Below, one piece after another: positions 11,482 to 23,791 of a DNA stretch of 64,000 nt (within the stretch, counting starts at the first letter, position 1; each line of letters starts with the position of its first letter). The notes under the pieces are model-generated. The model was not told where the DNA came from. It made no database searches and saw nothing but the letters and a program-made list of their open reading frames with translations. A program made the position numbers and the translations under genes. Source of the stretch: Strigamia acuminata (taxonomy: Eukaryota); the NCBI GenBank assembly GCA_949358305.1, contig OX442314.1:31806001-31870000 (forward strand), given 5' to 3'.

Positions 11482-13072
11482 TGTGACGATTGACTTGGCG
11501 AGATACAAATTGCTTAACAATTAGAGCGAGAACTCGTGTGAAAGTGTAAAAGTACGGAGGCTTGTGATTTCTCAAATCATGTAACAATTTATTACGAATG
11601 GAAGACTTATATAAAACCTATGCCTACAAATGGCTAAATAACTTCATGTTAAATATACAATGGGTTGGCAAAAGCCCTGAAATAATATCACTTGCGGTTT
11701 TCAGTCGTGCAATAAGAATGTGTATCTTTCTTATTACGGTGACGTAAAAGATGTCGTCTGAGTATGGTTCGGGCTTCCAAATGGTCCTGGATTGGTTCTA
11801 AAATGGTGTGTAATGGTTAGGCTTGGGTGTGTTATATCCGAGAGGTGCGGTTGACTTTGGCACAATCATCACACGTATAATTATTATATTGTTAATAATT
11901 ATACAGCGCGATCATAAGAATGATGAAACAATCGAAATAAATATTCATGTAAATTCTATTGAATTAAACATGATATTGTGTTCGCGAAACTGGATAAATA
12001 ACTATAAAAATAAAGAAATAATTAAAATAGCGCCGAGCTATTTTTGCCCCGAGTGCAATCAACATTTGAGTCAGACTGAAATGTTCCGTCAAACCAACAA
12101 CGAAATGAATCGAAGTATTTCGCAGGAAAGGTTATCCATCGCCGGGAAATTACTCCACTCGGTCCTGGCTGGCGGGAGAGTAACCGGGAAATTACTCCGC
12201 GTCGATTACTCTGATAATGCGTCTGTGAAATATAAATACTCCACTCTAGATTCTACATTACCAATGCGTCTGTGAATTTTACTCCACTCTAGATTCTGCA
12301 TTCTACAACGGAATGTTGGCATGAAGCTGGAGGGAGTGCGTCTGTGGGTTGTACCCCACTCTAGATACTACACTTAAATGTGTCTGTGAATCTCTCCACT
12401 CTAGTTACTACATTTCTACAACGGAATGTTGGCATGAAGAGGCGGGCAGTGTGTCTGTGAGTCTTCTACCCACTCTAGATACTTACACTAAATACAAAGT
12501 ATTTCTACAACGGATTGTCGGAACGCAGAGAAGTATAATATGTGCTCAAGTAATATCAGTATCAAACAAAAACAGAACAAGAGCGAGCTATATCCGTTTT
12601 GCAGGGGGATATATACTCGGTGAGGAGAATAGCTGTTCAGTGATCCAATGGGATCACTGGGCAGTCAAATCCATCCAATCCCAGATCATAGGAAGTGGAT
12701 ACCCAGGACATAGTCTTCTACTAGGTCCACTACAGGAACTGGATACGCAGGACACACTTTGGATTAAGTCCCTTTGACTATAATCCAAAAGGAGTCCAAC
12801 TCACAGTGGGTGATGAAGGGTGACTTCACCAGGTGTAAAGTTTGCACATAATTCAATAGAATTATGTGACAAATAAATCAACTAGTATTTAAACATCCAA
12901 AAGTATTTAAAAGTGTCTAAAGTCGCAGTGGAATAAAATATAAATAGTAATTTATATTTTATTCACTCAAAAATTGTCGAAATTTGAAATTACCGCTAAA
13001 ACGTATCAGCGCCATCTATTGGTGAAGTAATCGTCCTATACTAACAAAGTGTATGACAGTGTAACCGTCACA
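11482..13072 (-). repeat. 5' LTR of A copy 1 (1591 bp)
   Basis: TGTGACG...CGTCACA termini; repeats at 23792 and 55222. Confidence 0.97.
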
Positions 13073-13076
13073 AACT

Positions 13077-14920
13077 ATAACGTCAAAATGGATGCACCCA
13101 TTAAAATTTGTTGGCGTCTTGTATTCATTCACTTTGGTCATCGTGTTTAACGAATAGATATTGTACGCCATGTCTGTTTTTGTGAATATCAAGCAGTCGT
13201 CGTCGTAAGGGACATACAAGAAAACATCACCATCGATGTTCAGCGACGAAACAACACTCCAGCAGTCATTTTCGATGTCGTAGATTAACAGACTGCGATT
13301 TGGGATTTGTTGAACAAAATACAACTTTTCAGAATAACCGTACGCGCGATTCTTACACGTGACGCTTTGCCAATTGCTCGGTAATTTTTCTTTTGTCTCA
13401 CAGGTTTTCGAATGCAAGTTAACAATCTTTATGCGCGTCTTGTCCACATCGAAATAATACCTCCTTTCTTCATCTATCAAAGTTACCAAAAGCAAAGATT
13501 TGCAATTCGAGATGTCATCATGAAAATCAATGATATTCCTCCATTGAAATAGGTAATGAAAACGCAAATAAGTGGAATTTGTTCGTCTAAAGAAGATGTT
13601 TAAACAATCGCCGGTTTCACATGATATATCCATAGCAACTTCCTTGGGATGTTCGAAAATGTTATCCGTAGTCACGTCAATTGCTTGAAGTCCCAATCGA
13701 TTTGGCCTGACAGTCACGCAAACAATCTTTTTCCCATCCAAAATCATCGGATACCAATCCGTTGCGGCGCAGCTGTGATGAGGCTGATCGGCCAAAGTCT
13801 CCCACTCCTCGTGGTTTAAATAAGAAATTTTCGGCCACAAATTTTTTAACCCTTATTTTGACTAGATTTTTATTTTTCCCCCCATCCAAACTCCCCCAAG
13901 TAAACTAAAGGACCCCCCTAACTGTAATATCCCTTAATATTGCATTTTCCCCCCAACCAATTAACCCCCATTTATTTGTAAACTAACTCCCAACATTCAT
14001 ACCACCCCCTACGTTTCCTAAACGTTACCCATTGTTGCAATTCGTTGGCTGGCACACGAGCCACTTCAAAGACGCGCCATGGACCAACAACGGCTTGGAG
14101 TCGACCAACAACATCATAAAAACACAGGAGACATTTCGGGAGAAACTGGCAATGGACGTCTTCATTCAGAAGTTGAAAGGGATGGTGAAATGTTGGTTTT
14201 TGGAAAGGCACATGGAATCCATCAATGTCAAGAAGTTTGCTCTTACTCCAACGGTTACCTACAGCACTACACAGACGGTTACAACTGGAAATGAACAAAA
14301 CCTAGCGTGATTGTCCGTGTACGAGGTAATGTTAAGTCGTACTATGTCACCCCGAGAAGTAGTGTGTGGCAGGTTAGCATTACAAATGATGCATGGAGTA
14401 CGGGAACGTGCACATGCCCCATGTTTGCAAAGATTTACATTTGTAAACACATTGTGCCACCGGAGGCAAAAACCATTCTCATTGGCCAAAAAAGGAAGCG
14501 CGGGCAGCCAGCTAAAGCGAAAAGGGTCTTGTGTACACAGTGAGAAGACAACGTTATGATATTGGGATTACGTGGGAGTACCTTAGAAATTATGGGGGGT
14601 AAAATTGGTTGGGGGGCAAATAAATTACTAGGGGGAAGTAAAATTTGGGGCGGTTATTTAGTTTACCCCCCTGTAAACTTTTGGTTGGGGGAAAATTTTA
14701 TTCCACTTAGGGGGCAAAATTTAGCCAAAATGAGGTGCACTTTTCGCTTGTAACTTCAAAAACAGATATTTCAACTTTTCTCGACATCGTTGTTACCCAC
14801 TTTGAAGTAACGGCTTTGCTTACTGCGCTGTATATTTCTGCTGATTTGGAAACGACGTCGGATGAAATCAATTGGTGAAGCGAATGTTTCGACAATTCCT
14901 CTATACCGCAATTTCGATTT
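13077..14920 (-). pseudogene. BTB-less paralog of the 15857-17596 gene, split by a MULE and by element A
   Basis: SKHSL..SAEIYSAVSK..EISVFEVTS and KISYL..QIPNRSLLIYDIE..NFNGCIHFDV align to the C-terminal half of the BTB gene. Confidence 0.85.
13833..14735 (+). mobile_element. Non-autonomous Mutator-like (MULE) deletion derivative
   Basis: C-rich/G-rich long TIRs; transposase remnants TNNGLESTNNIIK and SWIM finger CTCPMFAKIYICKH; right terminus appears clipped. Confidence 0.8.
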
Positions 14921-15856
14921 ACTGTATACCATCAAATAAAATTGCGTGCTTAAAATGTAAAATGTAACAATGTGCCATAAAACATCACACAACTGTAAAC
15001 ACACGCCGAGACAACTCAGAAATGAGTGCAAGCAGATACTGCAAGTAAAAGCTAAAAGTTCATCCACTAAATGGCGCCATCCGTCACGGAGTATACCCCC
15101 ATTGAAATAAGTATTGCAGTGAAGTAATTTCAGGATGTTGTGTTTGGCAACACACACAAAAAATACATTCAGAAGTAATATTTTTATAGTTATTATTATT
15201 TTGATGATTTTTCTGTATTCAATTTTGAATTGTTGGAGGAGAGAAATGAATTATTTTGTGTGGTGCATTGTTAGCATTATTTATTAATTATTAGGATCTA
15301 ATAGTAGGCTTAAAACTGATGAATGCCGATTGAAATTTATAAATGATCTGTACAGAATGAATATGTTTATTTCATGGAATTTAATATTGTACAGATACAA
15401 CTTGCGCGATGCTTGAGTGACATTTTTTTATTTTGAGGTCTTACAATTTTCTATTTTCATGCAAACATCACTAAAATGCTACATATGAAATTTATGTAGT
15501 TATTTAAATTGTTTATTCTTAGGTATTCACAATATGAAAATTTGAATCTTTTTTGTTTTATGTATGTAGCATCTAGGCATCATACAGATATTTAAAATGT
15601 AGTTATTTAAATTGTTTATTCTTATTGAAATTATTAAATTGCAAACTGAAAAAATGAGATGAAATTAAAGCTTTGTCTTAAACAACAGTAACGTTGGGAG
15701 ATGGCAAAGCCTAGGACAATTAACAACTATAGCAGAAATTCAGTCGTCACTGTACGTCAAAATAATATCATTTGCTTATTTAAAACTGAAGCAAAACCAT
15801 GAGAGTATGAAAACAAGCGAAAGGACATGTCATAAACTAAAAAGCAAAAGGGTTTA

Positions 15857-17596
15857 TCAATCGTCATCGTCATCGTCATCGTCATCATCATCGTCATCAT
15901 CATCGTTATCGTCATCGTCATCATCATCGTCATCATCATCGTCATCATCATCGTCATCGTCATCGTCATCGTCACAAGGCGAGGCAACACTAACATCAAA
16001 ATGGATGCATCCATCAAAATTTGTTGGCATTTTGTATTCATTCACTTTCATCATCGTGTTTAACGAATACACGTTGTACGACACATCTGTTTTTGTGTAT
16101 ATGAGGCAGTCTTCGTCGTAACAAACATACAAAAACACTTCACCATCGATATTTGGCGACGGAACAACACTCCAGCAATCACTTTCGATGTCGTAAATTA
16201 ACAGAGATCTATTGGGGATTTTTTGAACAAAAATCAACGTTTCAGAAGAATTTACGACTCGATTTTTACACGTGACTCTTTGCCAATTGCCCGGTAATTT
16301 CTCCTTCGTTACACAAGTCTCCAAAGCCACGTTAAGAACCTTTATGTGCAACTCGTCCACATCGAAATAATACACCTCAGCATTCACATCATTATTTGCC
16401 AAAAGCAAAGATGTGAAATCCGAAATGTCGTCACAGAAATCGAGGACTAACCATTCCTTTAAGTTTGTCAAAAAGCACGAATAAGTATGACTTGATCTTC
16501 TAAAATAGATTTCCGACCGACTCGCCGTTTCACATGGCACATTATCCACAGCAAAGTCTTCGGCTTGGTCGAAAATGTCACCCGTAGACGCTTCAATTGC
16601 TCGAAGTCCCATTTGATGTGGCAAATGGTTAAAGTAAAACATCTCTTTCGTTCTCGACAACGCCGGACACCGAACTGTCGCCGTGCTGATGTCGTTAATC
16701 CATTCCTCCTCATATTCCCATTCTTCGTGCTTTAAATAGGAGATTTTACGGGTGCAGCTTCCGCTCGTAATTTCGAACACACTTATTTCAACTGACTGCG
16801 ATCTTGTAGCTAACCACCTCGTAGCGACGACCTTGCTTACAGCGCTGTAAACTTCTGCTGATTTATTAACAGCATCCGATAATAACAGCGTGCTAAGCGA
16901 GTGGTCTGACAAATACTGTATGCCGCATTTTGATATAAATTCCAAAAGGTGTTCGGTGTTGCTTTCCATTGCGGATGACTTTAGTTTCCACCAATTTAAG
17001 TAAAACACAATCAACTCGCCTGCATTTTTCACTGTCAGTACCTTATCTAGGCTTGTCATTTGGTTGGTTGTTATAGCGCACAGTCGATCGGTGTCGGAGA
17101 TCAGTCGCGTGTGGTGCGAAACAAACAGTCGAACTTTTTGGACCGTTTCGTCTTCGTTGAACATTTCCGCCAGCCGCCAAATGTCTAAAAAGTTGTTTAT
17201 AGTAATCGAAATTTTATATTCGGTCCAGTAGTTGTCAAATAGTATGTTCAACTGCATCTTGTTAGCGGCAATGAGTGTTTCTCCAAGTAGAGTGTCGGAT
17301 ATTTGGGCACGGACAGGAATATCTTGCGCGTATAAGAATTTGATGATTATTTCCATGACTTCGGAAGATATGTCCGGGAATGTTGCAATGTTGGTTTCGT
17401 CCTCCATGTTGCCGTGGTTGAACATTGCACGGAAATAATCACTTCCAGCGACCAATATCCGTTTATCGGCGAGTACACGTCCGTCATCGTTGCACCGTAG
17501 CACAACCGTGTCGGGTTTTCCTTCCTCTCGCGAATTGTACAAAATAGCACTGACTTGACGAATTCTTCGGGCTTGATCCTTGTTAGCTGAGTCCAT
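15857..17596 (-). CDS. Intronless BTB/BACK protein with a divergent C-terminal (possibly kelch-like) region and poly-Asp tail, 579 aa
   Basis: DTVVLRC..ADKRILVAGSDYFRAMF..ATFPDISSEVMEIIIKFLY..AANKMQL BTB signature; BACK-like ITINNFLDIWRLAEMF. Confidence 0.88.
   Translation of the reverse strand: MDSANKDQARRIRQVSAILYNSREEGKPDTVVLRCNDDGRVLADKRILVAGSDYFRAMFNHGNMEDETNIATFPDISSEVMEIIIKFLYAQDIPVRAQISDTLLGETLIAANKMQLNILFDNYWTEYKISITINNFLDIWRLAEMFNEDETVQKVRLFVSHHTRLISDTDRLCAITTNQMTSLDKVLTVKNAGELIVFYLNWWKLKSSAMESNTEHLLEFISKCGIQYLSDHSLSTLLLSDAVNKSAEVYSAVSKVVATRWLATRSQSVEISVFEITSGSCTRKISYLKHEEWEYEEEWINDISTATVRCPALSRTKEMFYFNHLPHQMGLRAIEASTGDIFDQAEDFAVDNVPCETASRSEIYFRRSSHTYSCFLTNLKEWLVLDFCDDISDFTSLLLANNDVNAEVYYFDVDELHIKVLNVALETCVTKEKLPGNWQRVTCKNRVVNSSETLIFVQKIPNRSLLIYDIESDCWSVVPSPNIDGEVFLYVCYDEDCLIYTKTDVSYNVYSLNTMMKVNEYKMPTNFDGCIHFDVSVASPCDDDDDDDDDDDDDDDDDDDDDDNDDDDDDDDDDDDDDD
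15860..15973 (-). repeat. (GAY)n repeat encoding a 38-residue Asp tract (one Asn)
   Basis: Direct reading; ends at the stop codon. Confidence 0.95.
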
Positions 17597-18831
17597 TTTA
17601 AACTTGCGGGTCCACCAAACTTACAGGATTTGTGGTCACGTCTGTTTATTTCGTTCGTACGTTATAGCTCGATCTGCACGCGTTTTAACGGTAAACCGGA
17701 AGTGATGCGCACGCCTTCTGGGTCGGCCAGATTTCAACAACTCCGTCTGGTGGTGGAGATTCTTATTCGTGATTTGCATATTGGATCCAAGGTGACACAA
17801 ACCTAAAACAACAACGTCGAGGATAACACGTAGGGTGTTTGATTTCTCCAAACGTCAATTTGCCTAATCATTATTATTATTTATTGTCTACACTTGGAAG
17901 AACTCAGAGGAAAAAGATTGAGTGTAGTTTGTCATAAAAGATTTTGTGTAGACTGGCTGTTTAATAAACATTGCTTGAGTTTAGTAGTAAAGTGGAGGCA
18001 ATGATGGTGTTACATCACAATTTTTAATTCCTGTATTATTATTACGGTAGCATTCCTGCAGATTTAGCATGTAGCATGCTGTATTATTTTGCTGTAGGGG
18101 ATTATTTTCGACCAGGAATGTGTTCAAAAATAATGCAAATCGAAAATAATTCTGTTGACCGCCATCTCTCCTAGACTAAGAACTACGGTTTATTTGTAGC
18201 ACATTCCACACACTTTCACTCCGAGCAAAGGAGAAAATCTATTTCTGTCTGTATCTTTGTCAATACTACTTGATTTTTCACACTTTTGCAATAGGTCTAG
18301 TGTCCGTACTTCGTGTACGATAAACTCATTCGATTCATAAATTTTAATGATTTAGAGTGTCATTTTATTTTCATGGGACTTGGAACACAGCAAGGAACAT
18401 GGGTTCATGCACATGTTACCAGAAAAGACATTACTTTGAACTAACTCTTGTATACTTGTAAATGCATAATTGCTGTTTTCCTTTTTCTCGATATTTTGAT
18501 CTGCCAGTTGCATTGGTTGATCCGCTAGAATCTCTCCATTTGGAATGTTGATTGCTGTTTCATTTACAATCAATCTATCTCTACTTTTGCCCTCCTAAGT
18601 ATCGAAACAACGTGATTCGATTCTGGCAAAAAAAAAAATCACATCAAAATAATTGTAAAAAATACGAAATTTTAAATTACCGTAATGTAAACGTGTACGG
18701 TACGGACTTGTGGAACAAACTGTAGGGTTCGACAGAGGTTCACGTTTCACGTTTGAATAACGTTCGCATCAAAGCGACTATATATGTGGCACATATAACT
18801 TATCCCAATCATCTAAACTTTGATTTTCGAC

Positions 18832-20840
18832 ATGTCTGTCTCAAATTTGAACTCGCTCTTGGAAACGATTCATATCGAAACTGTCCGCATTCTTCAGAAC
18901 AAACCAGTTTCTAATGCCGAATGGAAAGCATTCGTTGCCACGGCGCATGCAGTTCATTCCCACGAAGACGGAGAAATAAAAATGTACGCAACCTTCAAAG
19001 AAGATGTTTCGACCGCGATTCGGCACGCAAAACGACGACTGTCGCGTCGAAAGACCCAAGAACTCGTCAAAGCATACATCCATGAATGGAAGAATTTTAA
19101 CGAAGCCAGCAACCTTTTGGCACAAGTAATTCGCCCCGTGCCGACGAAAATTCGGTCGAAATACGACCAAAATCGCGACAAAGTTGGCAGGATCATGCTA
19201 AATGGTTGGAATAATTGCGTGTTATCAAAATTTAAGCAGGATTTACAACGAGTCGTTACTCAATTAATTGAAAAGGAGAGAAACGGGGAAGTGTGCGAAT
19301 CGCAATTGGTAATTGCAGTACGCAAATCCTACGTGGATTTAAACGCCGCTCAACTTCTGACAGTAGCGGAAGACGAAATTTCCCCCGACCTTCAGCGACT
19401 GTTAGGATTGGACGAACCGAACGTCAACTTAAGCAATTTTGGCAACCACAAGTTATCCGTTTATCGAGAACTCTTCGAGAAAGATTACGTAGCGAACACA
19501 AATGCTTTTTACCTCGTTAAAGCGTCCGAGTACTTGGCGACGAACGGAGTCGAGGAATATATGAAATACGCGGATTTGAAGATCAGAGAAGAAGCTGAGA
19601 GAGGACAAAAGAATTTGGAATCGGACGACGCCTCGCAACAAGCGCTGACGAGTATTTGGGGCGATCTATTCGTGGTTCCGTTTAAAGAAACCATCTTAGC
19701 GCAATTTGCCGGGATGGTGAAGCAAAACGACGCCGAAAACCTGCAAATTATGTATCGATTGATGAGTCTAATGCCCGATGACTGCACCGCAATGCTCGCG
19801 AAATTAGAGGAGCCCATAGTGGACGTGTGCTTGAGGATAGCGCGAAATACGTGCAACGACTGCTGGATCTCTTCCACAGGTTCAACCGATTGGTCGACGT
19901 GGCGTATACAAATGACCCGAGAGCTCTTTCGTCGCGAGACAAAGCGTTCAAGACGATCACCAACGATTGCAGCCAATGTGCGGAATTTTTGGCCAATTTT
20001 TGCGACATGTTGTTGCGGAGGACGCAACTGCGCAAGAAACTCACATCCGGAGACATCGACGGCAAGTTGAAGGACGTGATTTCGTTGCTGAAATATTTAG
20101 GCAACAAAACCGTCTTCATGAAATTCTACAAGTCGCATTTGACGAGGCGTTTGGTCTTGGAGACGTCGGCGGACATCGAGAAGGAGGCGGAAGTGGTCGA
20201 AAACATAAAGGACATTGGAATGTCGTCCGATTACCTGTTCAGGTTTAAGCAAATGTTGCGTGACGTTAAAAGCAGCCGCGATTTAAATCACGACTTCCGG
20301 CGAGACCGCTGCAATCTTTATTTTTCGACTAAGGTTTTCAGCGCTTCCGCGTGGGATCGGAATAATGAAGTGGTTCCGGTTTCGTTGCCGGCCGAGCTCG
20401 GGAGATATTGTTCCGACATGGAGGTTTTCTATAAGAAGCAGCACCAGGAGTCAAGGAGGAAACTTATTTGGCAGCATCAGTTGTCGACTGGGACGATTTC
20501 GTTCGCCAATTCGGTGGGCAAGTTTGATTTGGAGGTGACGTGTTTTCAAGTGACGGTGCTGTTCGCTTGGAACGAGCGTCCGCACGAGCTGATTTCGTTC
20601 GGAGAACTTGGGTTGGCAACCGAGCTGTGCGAGGCGGAGTTGAGGAGAACGATGTGGTCGTTGGTTGCGGTGGGTGTTGTTGTGTGTCGTCCGAAAGTTA
20701 AGTCGGCGTCGGAGTTGGAAAAGGACACGCGGTTTTGGATAAACGACGAGTTTGGTTTGGTTAGGAATGGAAAAGTTGAGAAACGAGGAAAGATCAATTT
20801 GATCGGACGATTGCAACTGTCAAGTTGTAGATCGAATTGA
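18832..20840 (+). pseudogene. Intronless CUL5-derived cullin, frameshifted by a 25-bp deletion at ~19833 and ending before the neddylation (WHB) domain
   Basis: LANFCDMLLRRTQLRKKLTS..HLTRRLVLETSAD and KRGKINLIGRLQL match CUL5. Two overlapping ORFs are joined by 25 bp present at 63571-63595. Confidence 0.88.
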
Positions 20841-21372
20841 TGGGGATTCGCAAAAATATTCCCTAAATTTTATTTGTCTTAAGCTTTATGAATTTTAATT
20901 AAACATAATAAACACATTAATTCTTTTTCGAATCATTTTTCACACATTCGATTTGAAAGTTTACATATTTTTATACTATCTTCTACTTGTTCATATGGTT
21001 AATTTTGTAACTTAAACATATTTTATTCCAAACTATCAACAGGGGGAGTTTAGACAACTACTGTGGAAACAGCAGAAACTTTGATGCCAAATTAGTAGAC
21101 ATTGCACGCAGTTTATTTACTTCTGCTGTAAAAATGTCGTCGTTTATGCATTTAAGAGCGACCCGCAGATGGGACAAAATCTCATTTTAATACCTAGATT
21201 TTATTCACCATTTTTGCGTATTTACTTGCCGCATTTCATGCTCTTTCTGCAGTTTTTGCTCCAATGCATCCGTGGTGATTATAATGACCACTGATTAGTT
21301 GTGGGGAAAATATTCTCATTCGCTTCGACGTGTGGGGAATAAGCTATTGAAGAGACAAAAGAAAAATTTAAT

Positions 21373-23298
21373 GGGGACAAATTATTTCACCCTCATTTTT
21401 GACTAATTTCCCCCCCCCCCCCCCAAGTAAACTAAATAACTCCCCTAACTGTACTTTCCCCTAGTAATGTATTTCCCCCCAACCAAATAACACCCCCTAC
21501 GTATCCCAAACGTTACCCATTGTTAAAAGTTTGTTCCTTAGAAAGTGGCGCGAGGATGAAACCACGCACTTGTTTCTGGATTACTTTGAAGCTGAATACT
21601 TGGAACAATTCGTCGGCTGGCACACGGGGCATTTCAGAGGCACGGCATGCACCAACAACGGCTTGGAGGCAACTAACAACAGCATAAAAACACACGAGAC
21701 ATTGCTGAAGAAACTGGCAATTGACGTCTTCACTGGTAAACTGAACGAGATGGTGAAATGTTGCTCTTTGGAAAGGAACATGGAATCCGTCATTCCGTCA
21801 AGATGTTTGCTATTACGGCAACGGTTATAATTGGAAAAGAACAAAACCTAGCATGATTGATAAGATCATCTGAAGTCGTACTATGTGTGGTGATCTCAAA
21901 ATATTTCACCACTTAGAAGATAAATTTATTCTGTCTTCTAATAAATTTGGCTTGGCACACGCCAAGTCAGATCATGTGACCGAGGGGAGGAAATTTCCCT
22001 AGGCACATATCACCCCAGGTTGGCCGGGGTGAAAACGGTAATTAACCGTTATGGTGCAATAATCACTTGTTGCACCAGCTTTAGCTAATTGCGCAGATTA
22101 TCTGCGCAATATTGAAGCGTGCCGGGCTCGCGCCCTCGCTTCAATCGGGACTCTTGACTAAAATACACAACCCACAACATCACTGCTTATTCGCTCCGAA
22201 AAAGTATTGACAGTGGACCGTGTCAACCATCAAGTTTCACCAGCTTTCCTTGTGCAAAACCGTGCAAGGCCAGCTACTCGCGTAAATCAACCGCCGTTGA
22301 TTTTCGCATAACGAGATAAGAAGTTCCCGATCGACGTGAATCACCGCCATCGCTAACGCGCAAACGTTAGCCATCGCCGTCGTACGCCGAACGAAAGCCT
22401 GCCCGACGTGAACCACCGCCATCGCGTCGATCCACATCGTCGCCATCGCCGTCGTACGCTCGAGTGGTAGAACTCGCGTGAACCATCGTCTACGACCATC
22501 GTACGTTGCGCGCCATTTCCATTGTTCTCTTCCATTATTTCGCGACTTGTCGCTTTTATTCACATTTACTGGTATTATTATTCCCATATCATTGTATTAA
22601 ACCGAATAAAAGATTGTGTTTTTATTGATAAAACTGTATTTTTATTTCCATAAATTAACCCTAGATAATTTTAAGGCCGTATCGATATAAGTCCTTCGTG
22701 GCATTCAACTGCGGTTTCAGACTTATTTATTAGAAGTAAGCGTGATAAAACCCGGATCGCAGCATATGTCACCCCTGGTTGTTAACCGAATTTAACCAAC
22801 ACCAGTTTTAACACATACCTGCGTCAAGACGAGTGGAAAAGTTGGCGCCGATTCGACACATACCTGCACTCGAGAAGTAATTTGTGGCAAGTTCGCATTG
22901 CCAAATGATGAATGGAGTACGGGAACTTGTACATACATGCCCTGTGTTCGCAAAGATTTACATTTGCAAGCACATTGTGGGAATACCAATTATTGAGAAC
23001 TTGCTTGTTGTGCCACAGGAATATTTCCATTGGCCAAAAAAGGAAGCGCGGACAACCAGAAAAAGCGAAGAGGGCCTTGTGTACACAGTGAGAAGACAAC
23101 GCTCTAACATTGGAATTACGTGGGGGGTACCTTCGAAATTGTTGGGGGTAAATTGGGTTGGGGGGGAAATATATTAATAGGGGGAAGTAAAGTTAAGGGG
23201 GATTCTTTAGTTTCCATGGGAGGTTTTGGTTGGTGGGAAATTTAAATCAATTTAGGGGAGGAAATTAGGCACAAATGGGGAGTATTTAAATCGATGCC
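21373..23298 (+). mobile_element. MULE derivative, same family as 13833-14735
   Basis: TIRs; 9-bp TSD-like AAATTTAAT / AAACTTAAT; remnants TNNGLEATNNSIK and TCPVFAKIYICKH. Confidence 0.8.
21886..22764. mobile_element. Solo LTR (879 bp) inside the MULE
   Basis: TG...CA ends with imperfect inverted termini; TATG TSD at 21882-21885 and 22765-22768; absent from the sister MULE. Confidence 0.75.
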
Positions 23299-23367
23299 AA
23301 ACTTAATATACACCTGTCTTCAGGCGTACACATGTCATGAAGGAGTATAAGATAGTGGAATTATTAT

Positions 23368-23637
23368 TACTACAACTACATTTCACTTGTGTCAAAAGTT
23401 TAGAAAGTTTCTAAACTTTTGACACAAGTGATGTTTTGAAAATCTCGATTTGTAACTAAACTATATAACTAAATATATGTAACTATAAGTTATTTTAAAC
23501 GAAAAAAATAATTATTTTATTCAAATCTGATGTGATAAATTTGTTTTGCTTGAATTTTGAGTCAAATATTTGGTGTTATTCACTAAGTGAGTGAATTTTT
23601 CACTCACTTTCTAAACTTTTGAAATGTAGTTGTAGTA
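23368..23637. mobile_element. MITE-like element
   Basis: TACTACAACTACATTTCA ... TGAAATGTAGTTGTAGTA inverted termini (possible TA TSD); internal 24-bp-arm hairpin at 23383-23431. Confidence 0.5.
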
Positions 23638-23791
23638 TTGTACGTGTTGAAATAAGTTTCAAAAGTTTTATTACCGGTATGTACAGTAGATAAGCACACA
23701 CAAACACACTAATACTCAAGCATTCAGAAAGTTGAATCTGAGTCCAACACAAACAAAAATAAGATAAATTCAATCCTGCTATTCATCAACT

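Larger units (their letters stand above)
5887..13072 (-). mobile_element. Gypsy element A, copy 1 (5' LTR, gag, pol up to the TTAA interruption)
   Basis: Near-identical to 49627-56812; followed by AACT. Confidence 0.95.

Noticed and set aside
11823..12777. ORFs of 142-150 aa repeated three times (likewise short ORFs at 29389-30485 and 42034-43132)
   Set aside because: They lie inside LTRs; repetition reflects LTR copies and there are no recognisable motifs.
13016..13840. 274-aa ORF as an intact gene
   Set aside because: Starts in the MULE edge and ends in the LTR; it is a pseudogene fragment.
15757..16121. Poly-Ser and poly-Met/Thr ORFs
   Set aside because: Alternative frames of the Asp repeat.
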